From Candidatus Omnitrophota bacterium (GTDB taxonomy: Bacteria > Omnitrophota > Gorgyraeia > Duberdicusellales > 4484-171), in the NCBI GenBank assembly GCA_037146775.1, contig JBAWWL010000003.1:2334-66333 (forward strand): DNA of 64,000 bases, written 5' to 3'. Both the position numbers and the translations under genes were made by a program. Positions 38,902-49,491 of this stretch are shown here, one piece after another (position 1 is the stretch's first letter; each line of letters opens with the position of its first letter). The notes beneath the pieces were generated by a model. It saw only the letters and a program-made list of their open reading frames with translations. It was not told where the DNA came from and made no database searches.

Positions 38902-39972
38902 ATGATTAATGTCGATAAATTAAAAGAAGAGCGGGAGAGGATATCGCAGGAATTATCTTCCAGTACGGTCCTTAATGACCGCGAGCGGTATCAGCAGCTT
39001 GCTAAACGATTTTCTTTTCTCGAGAAGGTTCTTAAACTCGATAAAACAAAAGAAGATCAGCTTGAGGAAAAAACACATCTCCAGCAGATGCTGGCTAACC
39101 CCAAAGAGGATGAAGAATTAAAGAAAATGGCCAAGGAAGAAATTGTTCAGCTCGAATTAAGCATCAAGGTTCTTGAGGAGGAGATTGAGAATAAATTATT
39201 TCAGGCTGAGGAGCCGGACAGAGATATTCTTATTGAAATAAGAGCTGCTGCCGGCGGCGGAGAATCGGCATTGTTTGCCGTTGATTTATTCAAAATGTAT
39301 TCAAAATACATTGAAAAGCAAGGCTGGAAATTGGAAGTAATGGATTCAAGTTCTACCGATATCGGCGGCTTGAAGGAAATAATTTTTTCAATCACCGGAG
39401 AAGGCGCCTATGCGCATCTTAAATTTGAAAGCGGGGTACATCGGGTCCAGCGCGTTCCGGAAACCGAGGCCAGCGGCAGGATCCATACCTCAACGGTAAC
39501 GGTGGTTGTGTTGATTGAACCCAAAGATGTTGAATTGAATATCAACCCCGGTGACTTAAGGATCGAAACATTCCGTGCTTCCGGCAAGGGCGGCCAGCAC
39601 GTTAACAGAACCGACTCGGCAGTGCGCATTACGCACCTTCCTACCGGTACCGTTGCCGGTTGTCAGGACGAACGCTCTCAAGGCAGGAATAAAGAAAAAG
39701 CCATGCGTGTATTGAAGGCGCGTATTTTAGAAAAAATGCAGCGTGATGCTTCAAACAAAATCACTAATTTACGGCGGGTCCAGATCGGTAGCGGAGAACG
39801 CAGCGAAAAAATACGGACCTATAATTTTTCAGAACGCCGTATTACTGACCACCGGATAAATTTTACTCTCTATCAGTTAGACCGAGTGCTCGAGGGCGAT
39901 CTTGACGAAGTTATAAAACAGCTGATTCAAGAAGATAGGAAAAAGCTCTATGAGTCCAAGGGACTTGTCTAG
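38902..39972 (+). CDS. prfA: Peptide chain release factor 1
   Basis: 356 aa; GGQ motif (SGKGGQHVNRTDSAVRITHLPTG); PxT-type tripeptide region; followed by prmC. Confidence 0.88.
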   Translation: MINVDKLKEERERISQELSSSTVLNDRERYQQLAKRFSFLEKVLKLDKTKEDQLEEKTHLQQMLANPKEDEELKKMAKEEIVQLELSIKVLEEEIENKLFQAEEPDRDILIEIRAAAGGGESALFAVDLFKMYSKYIEKQGWKLEVMDSSSTDIGGLKEIIFSITGEGAYAHLKFESGVHRVQRVPETEASGRIHTSTVTVVVLIEPKDVELNINPGDLRIETFRASGKGGQHVNRTDSAVRITHLPTGTVAGCQDERSQGRNKEKAMRVLKARILEKMQRDASNKITNLRRVQIGSGERSEKIRTYNFSERRITDHRINFTLYQLDRVLEGDLDEVIKQLIQEDRKKLYESKGLV

Positions 39973-39996
39973 AAGTACAGAGTTTTAGATGTAGCC

Positions 39997-40803
39997 ATGA
40001 AACTGAAAGAATGGATTACGCAAAATAAAAATGTCTTTATCGAGGGCGACTTACGATTTCTTCTAAAACACGTCCTTTCCAACCGTATCGCGGTTTATGA
40101 CGGACAGGAGATTACCGAAAACCAATTATGTTTTCTTGAAAACATAAAAAATCAATATGCGCAGGGCCTGCCACTGGGATATCTTTTAGGTAAAGAAGAA
40201 TTTTTTGGTTTGGAATTAAACGTTGGCCCCGGGGCGCTTCTCCCGCGCAAGGAAACAGAGTTAATCGTCGAACGGGCTATTGCCTGTATCGCACAGCATG
40301 GTTTACGTCGTGTATTGGATGTCGGTTGTGGCTCCGGTAATATTTCCCTTGCAATAAAAAAAAGATTTAATCAGGATGTAAAAGTTTTTTCTGCGGATAT
40401 CAGCCCGGAGGCGCTCGGGTTAGCCAAGGCTAATTTTACGAACCATAAACTACCCAGCCATTTTATCCAGACGGATATTTTTGCAGGATTTTTGCCTCGC
40501 ACGTTTGATTTGATTATTTCCAATCCCCCCTACGTAGCCAACGATGAAATAGAAGGGAGTTTGTGCCATGAGCCGCGAATTGCTTTAGAGGCTTCCGATA
40601 AGGGTTTTTCTTTTATCGAAAAGATAGTCACTACAGGCGCTGAATATTTGAAAGGGCGTGGTTATCTTATCTTGGAAATAGGGTATAATCATAAGGAACG
40701 GTTAGAAAGGTTGCTTGCAAAGCTATATAGCTATGAAATAATAGAGTGGATAAAAGATTATGACGGGAATTGGAGAGGAATAGTTATAAAATTAACGCAT
40801 TAA
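39997..40803 (+). CDS. prmC: Release factor glutamine N5-methyltransferase
   Basis: 268 aa; SAM motif VLDVGCGSGNISL; NPPY motif (ISNPPYV). Confidence 0.85.
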   Translation: MKLKEWITQNKNVFIEGDLRFLLKHVLSNRIAVYDGQEITENQLCFLENIKNQYAQGLPLGYLLGKEEFFGLELNVGPGALLPRKETELIVERAIACIAQHGLRRVLDVGCGSGNISLAIKKRFNQDVKVFSADISPEALGLAKANFTNHKLPSHFIQTDIFAGFLPRTFDLIISNPPYVANDEIEGSLCHEPRIALEASDKGFSFIEKIVTTGAEYLKGRGYLILEIGYNHKERLERLLAKLYSYEIIEWIKDYDGNWRGIVIKLTH

Positions 40804-40880
40804 CGGATTAAATGATTATATGTTAGATTGTCAGATCATGCAATGCGTTAATTCTTTAATTCGTTAATTTTTTAATCGAC

Positions 40881-40918
40881 GCGCAGATAACCCTGGCTTT
40901 GCCAGGGTTAAAATGCGC
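40881..40918 (+). repeat. Palindromic hairpin element after prmC
   Basis: GCGCAgatAACCCTGGC-ttt-GCCAGGGTTaaaaTGCGC, a perfect 9-bp inner stem nested in a 5-bp outer stem. No U-tract. Confidence 0.4.
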
Positions 40919-41106
40919 CAAAGATTATCTTCCGGGATGCCTTTATACCGTGAAAATTTTGATAGAAAATTTTTACGGAGCATCACGGAACCTATTGGCC
41001 GACGAGGTTGCGGGAAATTGGCGAAGAGAATTTCCCGCATATTCAGCCGAGTCGGGAATATCCAGAGAAACCACGGGCTTTAGCCCGTGGAGGTTCATTT
41101 CTTATT

Positions 41107-42369
41107 ATGGATAAATTTGTTGTGTATCGTTCAGTACTTTCTGGGGTAGTCGAGGTCAGCGGTTCAAAAAATGCCGCCCTTCCTATTATGGCGGCAACTT
41201 TATTGACCGATGAGGAGTGCATTTTGTATAATGTGCCGAACCTGATGGATATCAGGACTATGGCCAAGATTTTGGAAGTGTTGGGCAAAGCGGTTACATT
41301 TGAAAACGGCACTATGGCTATCAAGCCGACAAAAAAACAGGCTTACGTCGCACCCTACCGGTTGGTAAGAACCATGCGTGCTTCGTTCTGTTGTCTAGGG
41401 CCGTTACTAGCAAAGCGTAAAAGAGCAAAAGTATCTCTTCCCGGCGGTTGTATTATTGGTGTTCGGCCGGTGGACTTACACATAAAAGGTTTAGAAGCGC
41501 TCGGCGCTAAGCTGACGATAGAAAGAGGCTATTGTGTTGGCGATGGCAAGAATCTGCGCGGCAGTCATCTGTATTTGGGTGGACAATTCGGTTCGTCGGT
41601 ACTCGCTACCGATAACATTATGATGGCAGCTACTCTGATAGACGGAGAAACAATAATTGAATATGCTGCTTGTGAGCCGGAGGTAGAAACGCTTGGCTTA
41701 TTTTTGAAAAAAATGGGCGCCGATATTATTGGCGAAGGCACTCCTTTAGTAAAAGTAAGGGGGGTCAAAAAATTAGGCGGTTGTGAATTTACGATTATTC
41801 CCGATAGAATTGAGGCAGGAACGTTTATTGCGGCCGCCTTGGCTACTAACTCGACGCTTGAGATAAAAGGTGCGAATCCATTTCATCTTACCGCCGCTAT
41901 CGTGGTAGCGAAGGAGATGGGCGCGGAAGTGCAGATTACGCATGATAATTCTATTATTGTTAAGCCAAAACAGTCGACAAAGCCGGTAAATGTCACCACT
42001 TTGCCTTATCCCGGTTTCCCCACTGATTTACAGGCGCAATTTATGGTTTGTCTTTGTTTTGCGAAAGGCATTTCACTCATTACCGAAAAAATTTATCCCG
42101 ACCGCTTTATGCACGTTGCTGAATTGAATCGTATGGGTGCGCGTATCCAGCGTAGCGGCCCCTATGCGATTATCGAAGGAAAAGATAAACTATTCGGCGC
42201 AGAAGTCATGGCGTCCGACTTGCGGGCTTCAGCCGCGCTGGTCATTGCCGGTTTAGCCGCCGAAGAACGGACTGAAGTGTTGCGTGTCTATCATATCGAC
42301 CGCGGCTACGAACATATCGAAGAGAAGCTGCGCAAAGTAGGGGCCAGAATAAAGAGGGAAAAACAATAA
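41107..42369 (+). CDS. murA: UDP-N-acetylglucosamine 1-carboxyvinyltransferase
   Basis: The N-terminus MDKFVVYRSVLSGVVEVSGSKNAALPIMAA is the MurA signature; catalytic Cys loop. Start taken at the internal Met. Confidence 0.88.
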   Translation: MDKFVVYRSVLSGVVEVSGSKNAALPIMAATLLTDEECILYNVPNLMDIRTMAKILEVLGKAVTFENGTMAIKPTKKQAYVAPYRLVRTMRASFCCLGPLLAKRKRAKVSLPGGCIIGVRPVDLHIKGLEALGAKLTIERGYCVGDGKNLRGSHLYLGGQFGSSVLATDNIMMAATLIDGETIIEYAACEPEVETLGLFLKKMGADIIGEGTPLVKVRGVKKLGGCEFTIIPDRIEAGTFIAAALATNSTLEIKGANPFHLTAAIVVAKEMGAEVQITHDNSIIVKPKQSTKPVNVTTLPYPGFPTDLQAQFMVCLCFAKGISLITEKIYPDRFMHVAELNRMGARIQRSGPYAIIEGKDKLFGAEVMASDLRASAALVIAGLAAEERTEVLRVYHIDRGYEHIEEKLRKVGARIKREKQ

Positions 42370-42461
42370 TTATTACAGGTTGATATGTTGACAGGTTATT
42401 ATGTTTATATGTTTTATCGATTGGCCTATCAACATGCCAACCCAATAACCTAACAACCAAC

Positions 42462-43025
42462 ATGGTTTTAGTAATAGACAATTACGACTCTTTTACCTAT
42501 AACTTGGTGCAGTATCTGCAAGAATTAGGAGCCAAGGTTGTAGTCTATCGTAACGACGCTGTTACTATTGCGCAGTTAAAGAAAATGAAGATAGAAAGAA
42601 TAGTGGTTTCTCCCGGCCCTGGCAGGCCTGAGGATAGCGGTATCAGTTGTGAGGCGATACAAACATTTTACAAAAAAATTCCTGTTTTAGGCGTGTGCCT
42701 GGGGCATCAATGTATCGGCCATATTTTTGGGGCCTCGATAGTCCGCGCGCCAGAAATCATGCACGGCAAAACCTCGTCTATTTACCATAACGGCAAAGCG
42801 CTTTTTAAGGGCGTGAAAAATCCTTTTGTTGCTACCCGTTATCACTCTTTGATCATCGATAAATCAACATTAGCAAAGAATTTAACTATCACCGCTCATA
42901 CCAAAAATGGTATAATAATGGCGGTGAAAGAGAAGAGTTTTCCGCTTTTTGGCGTGCAATTCCACCCCGAATCGATCCTTACCGAAGAAGGAAAGAAAAT
43001 TCTGAAAAACTTTTTGCATATATGA
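42462..43025 (+). CDS. trpG: Anthranilate synthase component II / glutamine amidotransferase (TrpG/PabA type)
   Basis: 187 aa; class-I GATase triad, GVCLGHQ. Confidence 0.85.
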   Translation: MVLVIDNYDSFTYNLVQYLQELGAKVVVYRNDAVTIAQLKKMKIERIVVSPGPGRPEDSGISCEAIQTFYKKIPVLGVCLGHQCIGHIFGASIVRAPEIMHGKTSSIYHNGKALFKGVKNPFVATRYHSLIIDKSTLAKNLTITAHTKNGIIMAVKEKSFPLFGVQFHPESILTEEGKKILKNFLHI

Positions 43026-44074
43026 TACGCGACGCCATTATAGCTTTGGTGAAAGGTGAAAGCCTGTCGTTTGAAGAAATGAGACAGGTCTTCCGGGATA
43101 TTTTCGATCATAAGACCGAAGCTTCCCAGGTGGCAGCATTTCTGACTGCGCTAAAGATGAAAGGGGAAAACGAAGAAGAAATTTTTGCCGCCGCCACAGT
43201 TATCCGTGAGCGCGCGCGCCCATTAAAAGTAAGAAGTAGTTTTGTTGGTATTGAGCTTCAAGATGAGCTGGTGGTTGATACCTGCGGTACCGGCGGCTCA
43301 GGAGTAAGTAAATTCAATATATCAACCGCTGTTGCGTTTGTGCTGGCTGCTTCCGGAGCCAAGATCGCTAAACACGGTAACCGCGCCATGTCTTCTCATT
43401 GCGGCAGCGCTGATGTGTTAGAGGCAATGGGGCTTGCGATAGACGTAGAACCGCTTTTGATGGAAAAAGCAATTAAACAAATAGGTATAGGGTTCCTTTA
43501 TGCACCCTTGTACCATCCCGCGCTCAAAGAGGTTGCCGCCCTGCGCCGGGAAATCGGCATACGTACTATTTTTAATTTATTGGGGCCACTTTGTAACCCC
43601 GCCGGTGCTACCCACCAATTGTTGGGTGTCTATAGTAAAGAACTTGTTCCGGTTATGGCGAATGTATTAAAAAAATTAGGGACACAAAAAGCGTTGGTAG
43701 TGTATGGTAAGGATTTCAAAGACGAGATTTCCTTAAGCGGTGAAACTGTTGTTGCTTTCTTGCATCACAAAAAAATCGAAAAATTTAAAATCTTTCCAGC
43801 TGATTTTGGCCTCAGAAAAATTTGCGTAGAAGATATAAAAGTAAAGAATGCTGAGGAAAGCGCGCGGCTCGTTCGCGCCGTATTGAATGGTAAGAAAAGT
43901 CCGGCCCGGGATGTCGTCTTAGCTGGTGCCAGCGCCGGGCTGTACCTGTTAAATAAAGTAAAAACTTTTAAAGAAGGGGTTATTGCGGCAGCAGAGATTA
44001 TTGATTCAGGAAAAGCGAATGAGAAGTTTATTGAGCTTAAACGATTCATTGATACGCACAAAAAGGCTGCGTAA
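43022..44074 (+). CDS. trpD: Anthranilate phosphoribosyltransferase
   Basis: 350 aa; GTGGSG...KHGNRA motif. Confidence 0.88.
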   Translation: MIRDAIIALVKGESLSFEEMRQVFRDIFDHKTEASQVAAFLTALKMKGENEEEIFAAATVIRERARPLKVRSSFVGIELQDELVVDTCGTGGSGVSKFNISTAVAFVLAASGAKIAKHGNRAMSSHCGSADVLEAMGLAIDVEPLLMEKAIKQIGIGFLYAPLYHPALKEVAALRREIGIRTIFNLLGPLCNPAGATHQLLGVYSKELVPVMANVLKKLGTQKALVVYGKDFKDEISLSGETVVAFLHHKKIEKFKIFPADFGLRKICVEDIKVKNAEESARLVRAVLNGKKSPARDVVLAGASAGLYLLNKVKTFKEGVIAAAEIIDSGKANEKFIELKRFIDTHKKAA

Positions 44075-44104
44075 TAGATCTCAGGCTATCTTATAAAGAA
44101 AAAT

Positions 44105-44884
44105 ATGCATAATATTCTAGCACTTATCGTAGAGGCAAAGAAAAAACGCATTGCGATATTGAAAAAAAACCGCGATGAGCTCTTGTCTCTTGTAAAACGA
44201 GCCCCGAAGCCGCTATCATTCAAAAAAGCGATTAACCGCGCGGGGAAAATTTCTCTTATTGCCGAAATAAAACAGGCTTCTCCCTCGGCGGGAGTTTTGC
44301 GTAAAAATTTCTCGGCGGTTACCATAGCGAAGGCCTTAGAACAGCTCAACGTTAACGCCATATCAGTTCTTACCGAGAGCGAGTTTTTTTTGGGAAAAGT
44401 TAACTACATCGAAGATATCAAGAAAGAAGTAAGCATACCTGTTTTACGCAAAGATTTCATTTTAGATGAGATTCAGATTATTGAGTCACGGGCGGTCGGC
44501 GCGGACGCAATTTTGTTGATTATGCGTATCCTGGATGAGCCGCGTTTAAGCCACCTGCAGCATTTTGCCCAAGAGTTGGGGATGGACGTGTTAGTTGAGG
44601 TACATACGGAAAAAGAACTTTGTAAGATTTTAAAATTAGGCGTGCAGATAGCCGGAGTAAATAACCGTAACCTCAATACTTTAAAAGTTGATTTGAATAC
44701 CACCCAAAAAGTTATTCCGTTCATACCGCCTGATATAGTGAAGGTGAGCGAAAGCGGTATCCATTCTTTAAAAGATGTTTTGTGGCTTAAAGGTTTGGGC
44801 GTGGATGCTATGTTGATAGGCGAAACTATCATGAAAGCCGATAGTATTGAAGAAAAAGTGAAAGAATTACATATCGACGCCTAA
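44105..44884 (+). CDS. trpC: Indole-3-glycerol phosphate synthase
   Basis: 259 aa; IAEIKQASPSAG..., DAILLI, GVNNRNL motifs. Confidence 0.88.
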   Translation: MHNILALIVEAKKKRIAILKKNRDELLSLVKRAPKPLSFKKAINRAGKISLIAEIKQASPSAGVLRKNFSAVTIAKALEQLNVNAISVLTESEFFLGKVNYIEDIKKEVSIPVLRKDFILDEIQIIESRAVGADAILLIMRILDEPRLSHLQHFAQELGMDVLVEVHTEKELCKILKLGVQIAGVNNRNLNTLKVDLNTTQKVIPFIPPDIVKVSESGIHSLKDVLWLKGLGVDAMLIGETIMKADSIEEKVKELHIDA

Positions 44885-44886
44885 AA

Positions 44887-44975
44887 TCCACAGATGATCA
44901 CGGATAGAGAGTCGCAGATGATCACAGATAAATTCATCTGCGATCATCTGTTTCCAAATCTGTGTTAATCTGTGC
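44887..44975. repeat. CAGATGATCAC/CACAGAT palindromic repeat cluster between trpC and trpF
   Basis: ccacagatgatcacggatagag...gcagatgatcacagataaattcatctgcgatcatctg...atctgtgttaatctgtgc. Nested inverted repeats. Shares CCACA(G/A)AT, GATCACAGATA and CACGGAT words with the rpmE-downstream hairpin at 38766-38820. Confidence 0.55.
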
Positions 44976-44989
44976 AAAGCGGAGCAGAC

Positions 44990-45616
44990 ATGGTAAAAGT
45001 TAAAATTTGCGGCATTACCAATAAAGAAGACGCTTTGCTATGTGTGAAGGAAGGCGCTGACGCTCTCGGATTCATTTTTACTAAAAAAAGCCCGCGCTAC
45101 ATCACGCATCTGGAAGCGAAAAAGATTATCGCGGAACTAGACCCTTTTACCGTCAAGGTGGGTGTTTTTTTAGATGAAGTAAAAGAAAGAGTCTTTGAGA
45201 TCGCCGAAGAACTTTCTTTAGATGTTTTACAATTTCACGGAAAAGAATCAGCAGCGTATTGCAATTTTTTTAAACACAAATATAAAGTTATCAAAGTGTT
45301 TTTTCCTCAAGGTAGCCCTCTTCGTGAGGCCATTGCTTCTTATAAGATTGACGCGTTTCTTTTTGACGTAAAACCGGAAAATAAATTGAAAGGTCAAAGT
45401 ACATTACCCGGCGATTTATTAAGAGAAATAGCCGCTCTCATCAAAGAGGGTAACCGGATTATTATTTCCGGCGGGCTTACCGTAAAGAATATTTCCCGGA
45501 TAAGGAAGCTGCATCCTTATGCCGTAGACATAGCTAGTGGTGTGGAGAAATTTGTCGGAAAAAAAGATGAGCAGCTGGTAAAGATGTTTATCGAAAAAGC
45601 CAAAGGTATCGGATAA
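44990..45616 (+). CDS. trpF: Phosphoribosylanthranilate isomerase
   Basis: MVKVKICGIT... is the TrpF N-terminus. Start taken at the internal Met. Confidence 0.85.
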   Translation: MVKVKICGITNKEDALLCVKEGADALGFIFTKKSPRYITHLEAKKIIAELDPFTVKVGVFLDEVKERVFEIAEELSLDVLQFHGKESAAYCNFFKHKYKVIKVFFPQGSPLREAIASYKIDAFLFDVKPENKLKGQSTLPGDLLREIAALIKEGNRIIISGGLTVKNISRIRKLHPYAVDIASGVEKFVGKKDEQLVKMFIEKAKGIG

Positions 45617-45671
45617 TAAAAAATTATACGTTTTTTAAAAGACCCAAGTCCAACAGGCGCCTTAAAAAAAC

Positions 45672-46865
45672 ATGAAACTACCTAACAATAAAGGTTATTT
45701 TGGCGAATTCGGGGGGAGATTTATTCCTGAGACCCTTTCTTCCTGTGTCGCCCAGCTTGACGAAGCCTACCAAAAGGCAAAACGTGATAAGCATTTTCAG
45801 CAGGAGTTCTCCTTTTACCTGAAAAACTATGCCGGTCGGCCAACCCTATTGTATTTTGCTGAAAACTTGAGCAAAGTCACTGGTTTGAAGATTTATTTAA
45901 AAAGAGAAGATTTGTTGCATACCGGAGCGCATAAGATTAACAACTCTTTAGGCCAGGCGCTTTTGGCAAGATTTATGGGCAAAAAAAGAATTATTGCCGA
46001 AACCGGAGCCGGCCAGCATGGCGTGTCTGCGGCAACCGTTGCCCGGTTATTCAATATATCTTGCGATGTCTATATGGGAGAGGAAGATATTCGGCGCCAG
46101 AAGATGAATGTATTTCGTATGAAAACTTTGGGTGCCAAGGTGATTCCTGTTACGAGCGGTTCAAAGACCCTTAAAGATGCGTGTAGCGAAGCTATGCGGG
46201 ATTGGGTAACTAACGTAAGAGACACTTATTATTTGATTGGTTCTACCTTTGGCCCTCATCCTTATCCGATGATGGTAAGAGATTTCCAATCAGTGATAGG
46301 AAAAGAAGCGCGTAGAGAGATTTTAAAACAAGAAAAAAGGTTGCCCGACTATATCGTTGCGTGCGTCGGAGGCGGCAGTAATGCTATGGGGTTGTTTTAT
46401 CCTTTCTATAAAGACAAGCAGGTGAAGATGATCGGTGTGGAAGCCGGCGGCCTGAATAGAAATTTAAACTCCGCGTCGCTTACCTATGGCGAAGCAGGAG
46501 TTTTGCACGCAGCGAAAACATATATTTTACAGGATAAGTTTGGCCAGATAAAAAGTACGCACTCTATCGCCGCAGGCCTGGATTATCCGGGAGTCGGCCC
46601 GGAACACTCTTTCTATAAAGAGACTCACCGTGCGCGATACGTTACGGTAAACGACAAAGAAGCCATTGAAGGGTTTATAACTCTTAGCAGAAAAGAGGGG
46701 ATCATCCCCGCATTAGAATCGGCGCATGCGATTTATTACTTAAAAAAGTTAACTAAAAAGGCAAGAGGGAGTTTAGTGATAGTGTGCTTATCGGGAAGAG
46801 GCGATAAAGATTTGGATATTATCCAAGGTTATTTAGAAACAGATAAACATAAAATTCACGGTTGA
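45672..46865 (+). CDS. trpB: Tryptophan synthase beta chain
   Basis: 397 aa; PLP-lysine region [11 protein letters not shown]; GGGSNA. Confidence 0.92.
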   Translation: MKLPNNKGYFGEFGGRFIPETLSSCVAQLDEAYQKAKRDKHFQQEFSFYLKNYAGRPTLLYFAENLSKVTGLKIYLKREDLLHTGAHKINNSLGQALLARFMGKKRIIAETGAGQHGVSAATVARLFNISCDVYMGEEDIRRQKMNVFRMKTLGAKVIPVTSGSKTLKDACSEAMRDWVTNVRDTYYLIGSTFGPHPYPMMVRDFQSVIGKEARREILKQEKRLPDYIVACVGGGSNAMGLFYPFYKDKQVKMIGVEAGGLNRNLNSASLTYGEAGVLHAAKTYILQDKFGQIKSTHSIAAGLDYPGVGPEHSFYKETHRARYVTVNDKEAIEGFITLSRKEGIIPALESAHAIYYLKKLTKKARGSLVIVCLSGRGDKDLDIIQGYLETDKHKIHG

Positions 46866-46922
46866 TGAACGCATTACGCAATAATCGTTGTAATCTTTTC
46901 TTAATCACTGTAATCATAAAAA

Positions 46923-47720
46923 ATGTTAACCATAAAACAAAAATTTGACGAATTAAAAAAACAAGGTAGAAAGGCATTCATTGCTTATGTTCCATTCGGT
47001 TTTCCGACTATTGCGTTAAGCAAAAAGATTATTCTCACCCTGCAGACGGCCGGCGTAGATATTATTGAAATAGGTATTCCTTTTTCCGATCCTATAGCCG
47101 ATGGGCCGATCATCCAGGAGGCGACCACTATTGCCTTAAAAAATGGAGCCAACACGCATAAACTGTTTTTCATGTTGCAAGAAATGAAAAGTACGCTTAA
47201 AGTCCCCATCGCGCTCATGACTTACTATAATCCTGTTTTAAAATTCGGCTTAGAAAAATTTTTTCACCACATGCAAAAAATCGGTATTTCCGGGATTATG
47301 ACGGTGGATTTACCGGTAGAAGAAGCCGGCGCATATCTTGCGCAATGCCGGTCACGTGGCCTAGAGACTATATTTTTTATTACGCCGGTAACTCGCCCGG
47401 CGCGCATTAAACATATTGTTAAGGCTAGTCGGGGTTTTATCTACTATATTTCCGTAACCGGTATTACCGGGCCAAAAGACATTTCTTACTCTCAACTGGA
47501 AAAACCCATACGCGCGCTAAAAAAAATAACTACTGTGCCGGTATGTGTCGGCTTCGGTGTGCATACTAAAGAACAGGTACACCGTATATGGGAATACAGC
47601 GACGGCGCGATTGTCGGAAGCGATATCGTCAAGTTCATAAAAGAACACCACTCTCAGCCCAACTTTTTAACTAAGTTGCAGCGCTACGTCGTTGCGTTAA
47701 AAGGCAATAATGTTGTATAA
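46923..47720 (+). CDS. trpA: Tryptophan synthase alpha chain
   Basis: 265 aa; IPFSDPIADGPIIQ motif. Confidence 0.9.
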   Translation: MLTIKQKFDELKKQGRKAFIAYVPFGFPTIALSKKIILTLQTAGVDIIEIGIPFSDPIADGPIIQEATTIALKNGANTHKLFFMLQEMKSTLKVPIALMTYYNPVLKFGLEKFFHHMQKIGISGIMTVDLPVEEAGAYLAQCRSRGLETIFFITPVTRPARIKHIVKASRGFIYYISVTGITGPKDISYSQLEKPIRALKKITTVPVCVGFGVHTKEQVHRIWEYSDGAIVGSDIVKFIKEHHSQPNFLTKLQRYVVALKGNNVV

Positions 47721-47763
47721 TGAATTGGTTCGAACACCCAATGAGGTAATGGGTTAACGCAGT

Positions 47764-49032
47764 ATGTACGAAATAACTACCACTAATGGCGTTACGCTGA
47801 TACTTGCCCCCTTCGAAGGCTTAGAAACCGCTTCGTTGGGTATTTTTATCAAGATAGGTTCGCGCTATGAACAGAAACAGCTGCGGGGCATTTCTCATTT
47901 CCTCGAGCACATGCTTTTTAAAGGAAGCAGGTGCTATTCGCATCGCCATATTAAACAGGAAATCGAGGGCCGCGGCGGCTCGTTGAATGGTTTTACTTCC
48001 CAGGAAATCACCGCTTACTACGCTCATTTTTTAAAAAAGAATATAGAGCCGACGCTAGATATTCTACTGGATATGGTGCGTTACCCTACCTTAAAAGAAG
48101 AAGAAATCAAAAAAGAAAGGAACGTGATCTTGGAAGAAATAAAAATGTATAACGATTTGCCTTCTTCCCGTGCCGCCGCAATTTTAGATACTTTGTTGTG
48201 GCCTCATCACTCGTTAGGCGAAGAGGTTATTGGAGATACCGCCACCGTGACGAAAATCAATCGTACGGACCTGTCCCGGTTTCAAAAAACGTACTATAAG
48301 CCTTGCAGTATGGTTATTTCCTGCAGCGGAGATTTTGACCTGGTTACTGTTTCAAGATTATTGCGTGAGAGGATCCAGAAATCCTCGTCGCATCTGCAAT
48401 TAAAAAACATAGCTCCGCAAAGCTTGCAGGGCCAGCATGTTACGGTTGAAGCGAAGAAAATCGAACAAACGCATCTATGCGTAGGTTTTCGCGGTGTCTC
48501 TTACAACAGTAAAGAAAAATTTACGATTGAACTTCTCAATGTTATTTTAGGTGCGAACATGAGCAGCCGTCTTTTTGAAGAGATGCGCGAAAAGCGCGCG
48601 CTGTGCTATGATATTTCTAGCGATGCGCGAAAATATCATGATACCGGCGCATTTGTTATCCATGCGGGGCTGGATAAGCGTAATATTGAAGTAGCTTTGA
48701 CTATTATATTGAGAGAGCTCTCGCGGATAAAGGAGCAGAAAGTTTACGAAAAAGAGTTAAACAGAGCCAAAGACTATATAATTGGCCAGATTTCTATGGG
48801 TTTGGAACGGCCGCAGGGGATGATGCCGTATGCGGCAGAGAGTTATATTACCACGGGTAAGATTTACACCCTCGAAGAAATAAAACATGAAATTACCAAT
48901 ATCAGCGCGGCAGAAATAAGAGATGTGTCCCGTAAAATATTCAATTTCGGCGCGGTCTGTGTTTCTTGCGTAGGCGATGTGGAGCAGAATCACCAAGAGC
49001 GCATAGCAAACATTTTACAAAAAAGGAGGTAG
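47764..49032 (+). CDS. M16-family (pitrilysin-like) zinc peptidase
   Basis: 422 aa; inverted zinc motif HFLEHMLFKGS (HxxEH). Confidence 0.82.
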   Translation: MYEITTTNGVTLILAPFEGLETASLGIFIKIGSRYEQKQLRGISHFLEHMLFKGSRCYSHRHIKQEIEGRGGSLNGFTSQEITAYYAHFLKKNIEPTLDILLDMVRYPTLKEEEIKKERNVILEEIKMYNDLPSSRAAAILDTLLWPHHSLGEEVIGDTATVTKINRTDLSRFQKTYYKPCSMVISCSGDFDLVTVSRLLRERIQKSSSHLQLKNIAPQSLQGQHVTVEAKKIEQTHLCVGFRGVSYNSKEKFTIELLNVILGANMSSRLFEEMREKRALCYDISSDARKYHDTGAFVIHAGLDKRNIEVALTIILRELSRIKEQKVYEKELNRAKDYIIGQISMGLERPQGMMPYAAESYITTGKIYTLEEIKHEITNISAAEIRDVSRKIFNFGAVCVSCVGDVEQNHQERIANILQKRR

Positions 49033-49034
49033 TT

Positions 49035-49403
49035 ATTCCAAAGAAACAGTCAGTAAGTAAACAAAAGGCGTTACAAATAGCGGAGTTCGTTTTGGAAAAA
49101 CAGGCGCACAAGCCGGTCGTATTAGATATGACGAGAGTTTCACATCTGTGCGATTACTTTGTTATTTGTTCGACCCAAACGAATACGCAGGTTGAAGGTA
49201 TCTACCGGTGGGTGAGTAAGCGTTGTGCGGAAAATAATATTATCGTTCATCGCTGGGAACATGACGAAGCATCGCGCTGGGTGTTGGTTGATTTATTTGA
49301 CGTGGTATTGCATATCTTTATTGATGAGGCGAGAGAATTCTATAATCTTGAAAACCTTTGGTCGCAGGCAAAAAAAGTCCGGCTGCCAACCAAGAAAAAA
49401 TAA
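49035..49403 (+). CDS. rsfS: Ribosomal silencing factor RsfS (Iojap family)
   Basis: VVLDMTRVSHLCDYFVICSTQTNTQVEGI...ASRWVLVDLFDVVLHIF is the RsfS signature. The start codon is uncertain: no in-frame ATG precedes the conserved N-helix, so it may be non-canonical (ATT?). Confidence 0.7.
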   Translation: MPKKQSVSKQKALQIAEFVLEKQAHKPVVLDMTRVSHLCDYFVICSTQTNTQVEGIYRWVSKRCAENNIIVHRWEHDEASRWVLVDLFDVVLHIFIDEAREFYNLENLWSQAKKVRLPTKKK

Positions 49404-49491
49404 CCACGCAACTTAAAAGTATTGTGCTCTTACTTTCGGCGATTTTCGTCTTGGTGTGATAAATTCAGCGCTATCTAGCATAAGGAGCAAT

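Noticed and set aside
40899-41324. ORFs 40899-41114 (+) and 41043-41324 (-) in the prmC-murA spacer
   Set aside because: No RBS and no motifs. The + ORF overlaps the murA N-terminal extension frame, and the minus ORF is antisense to murA. The spacer is better explained by the repeat elements noted above.
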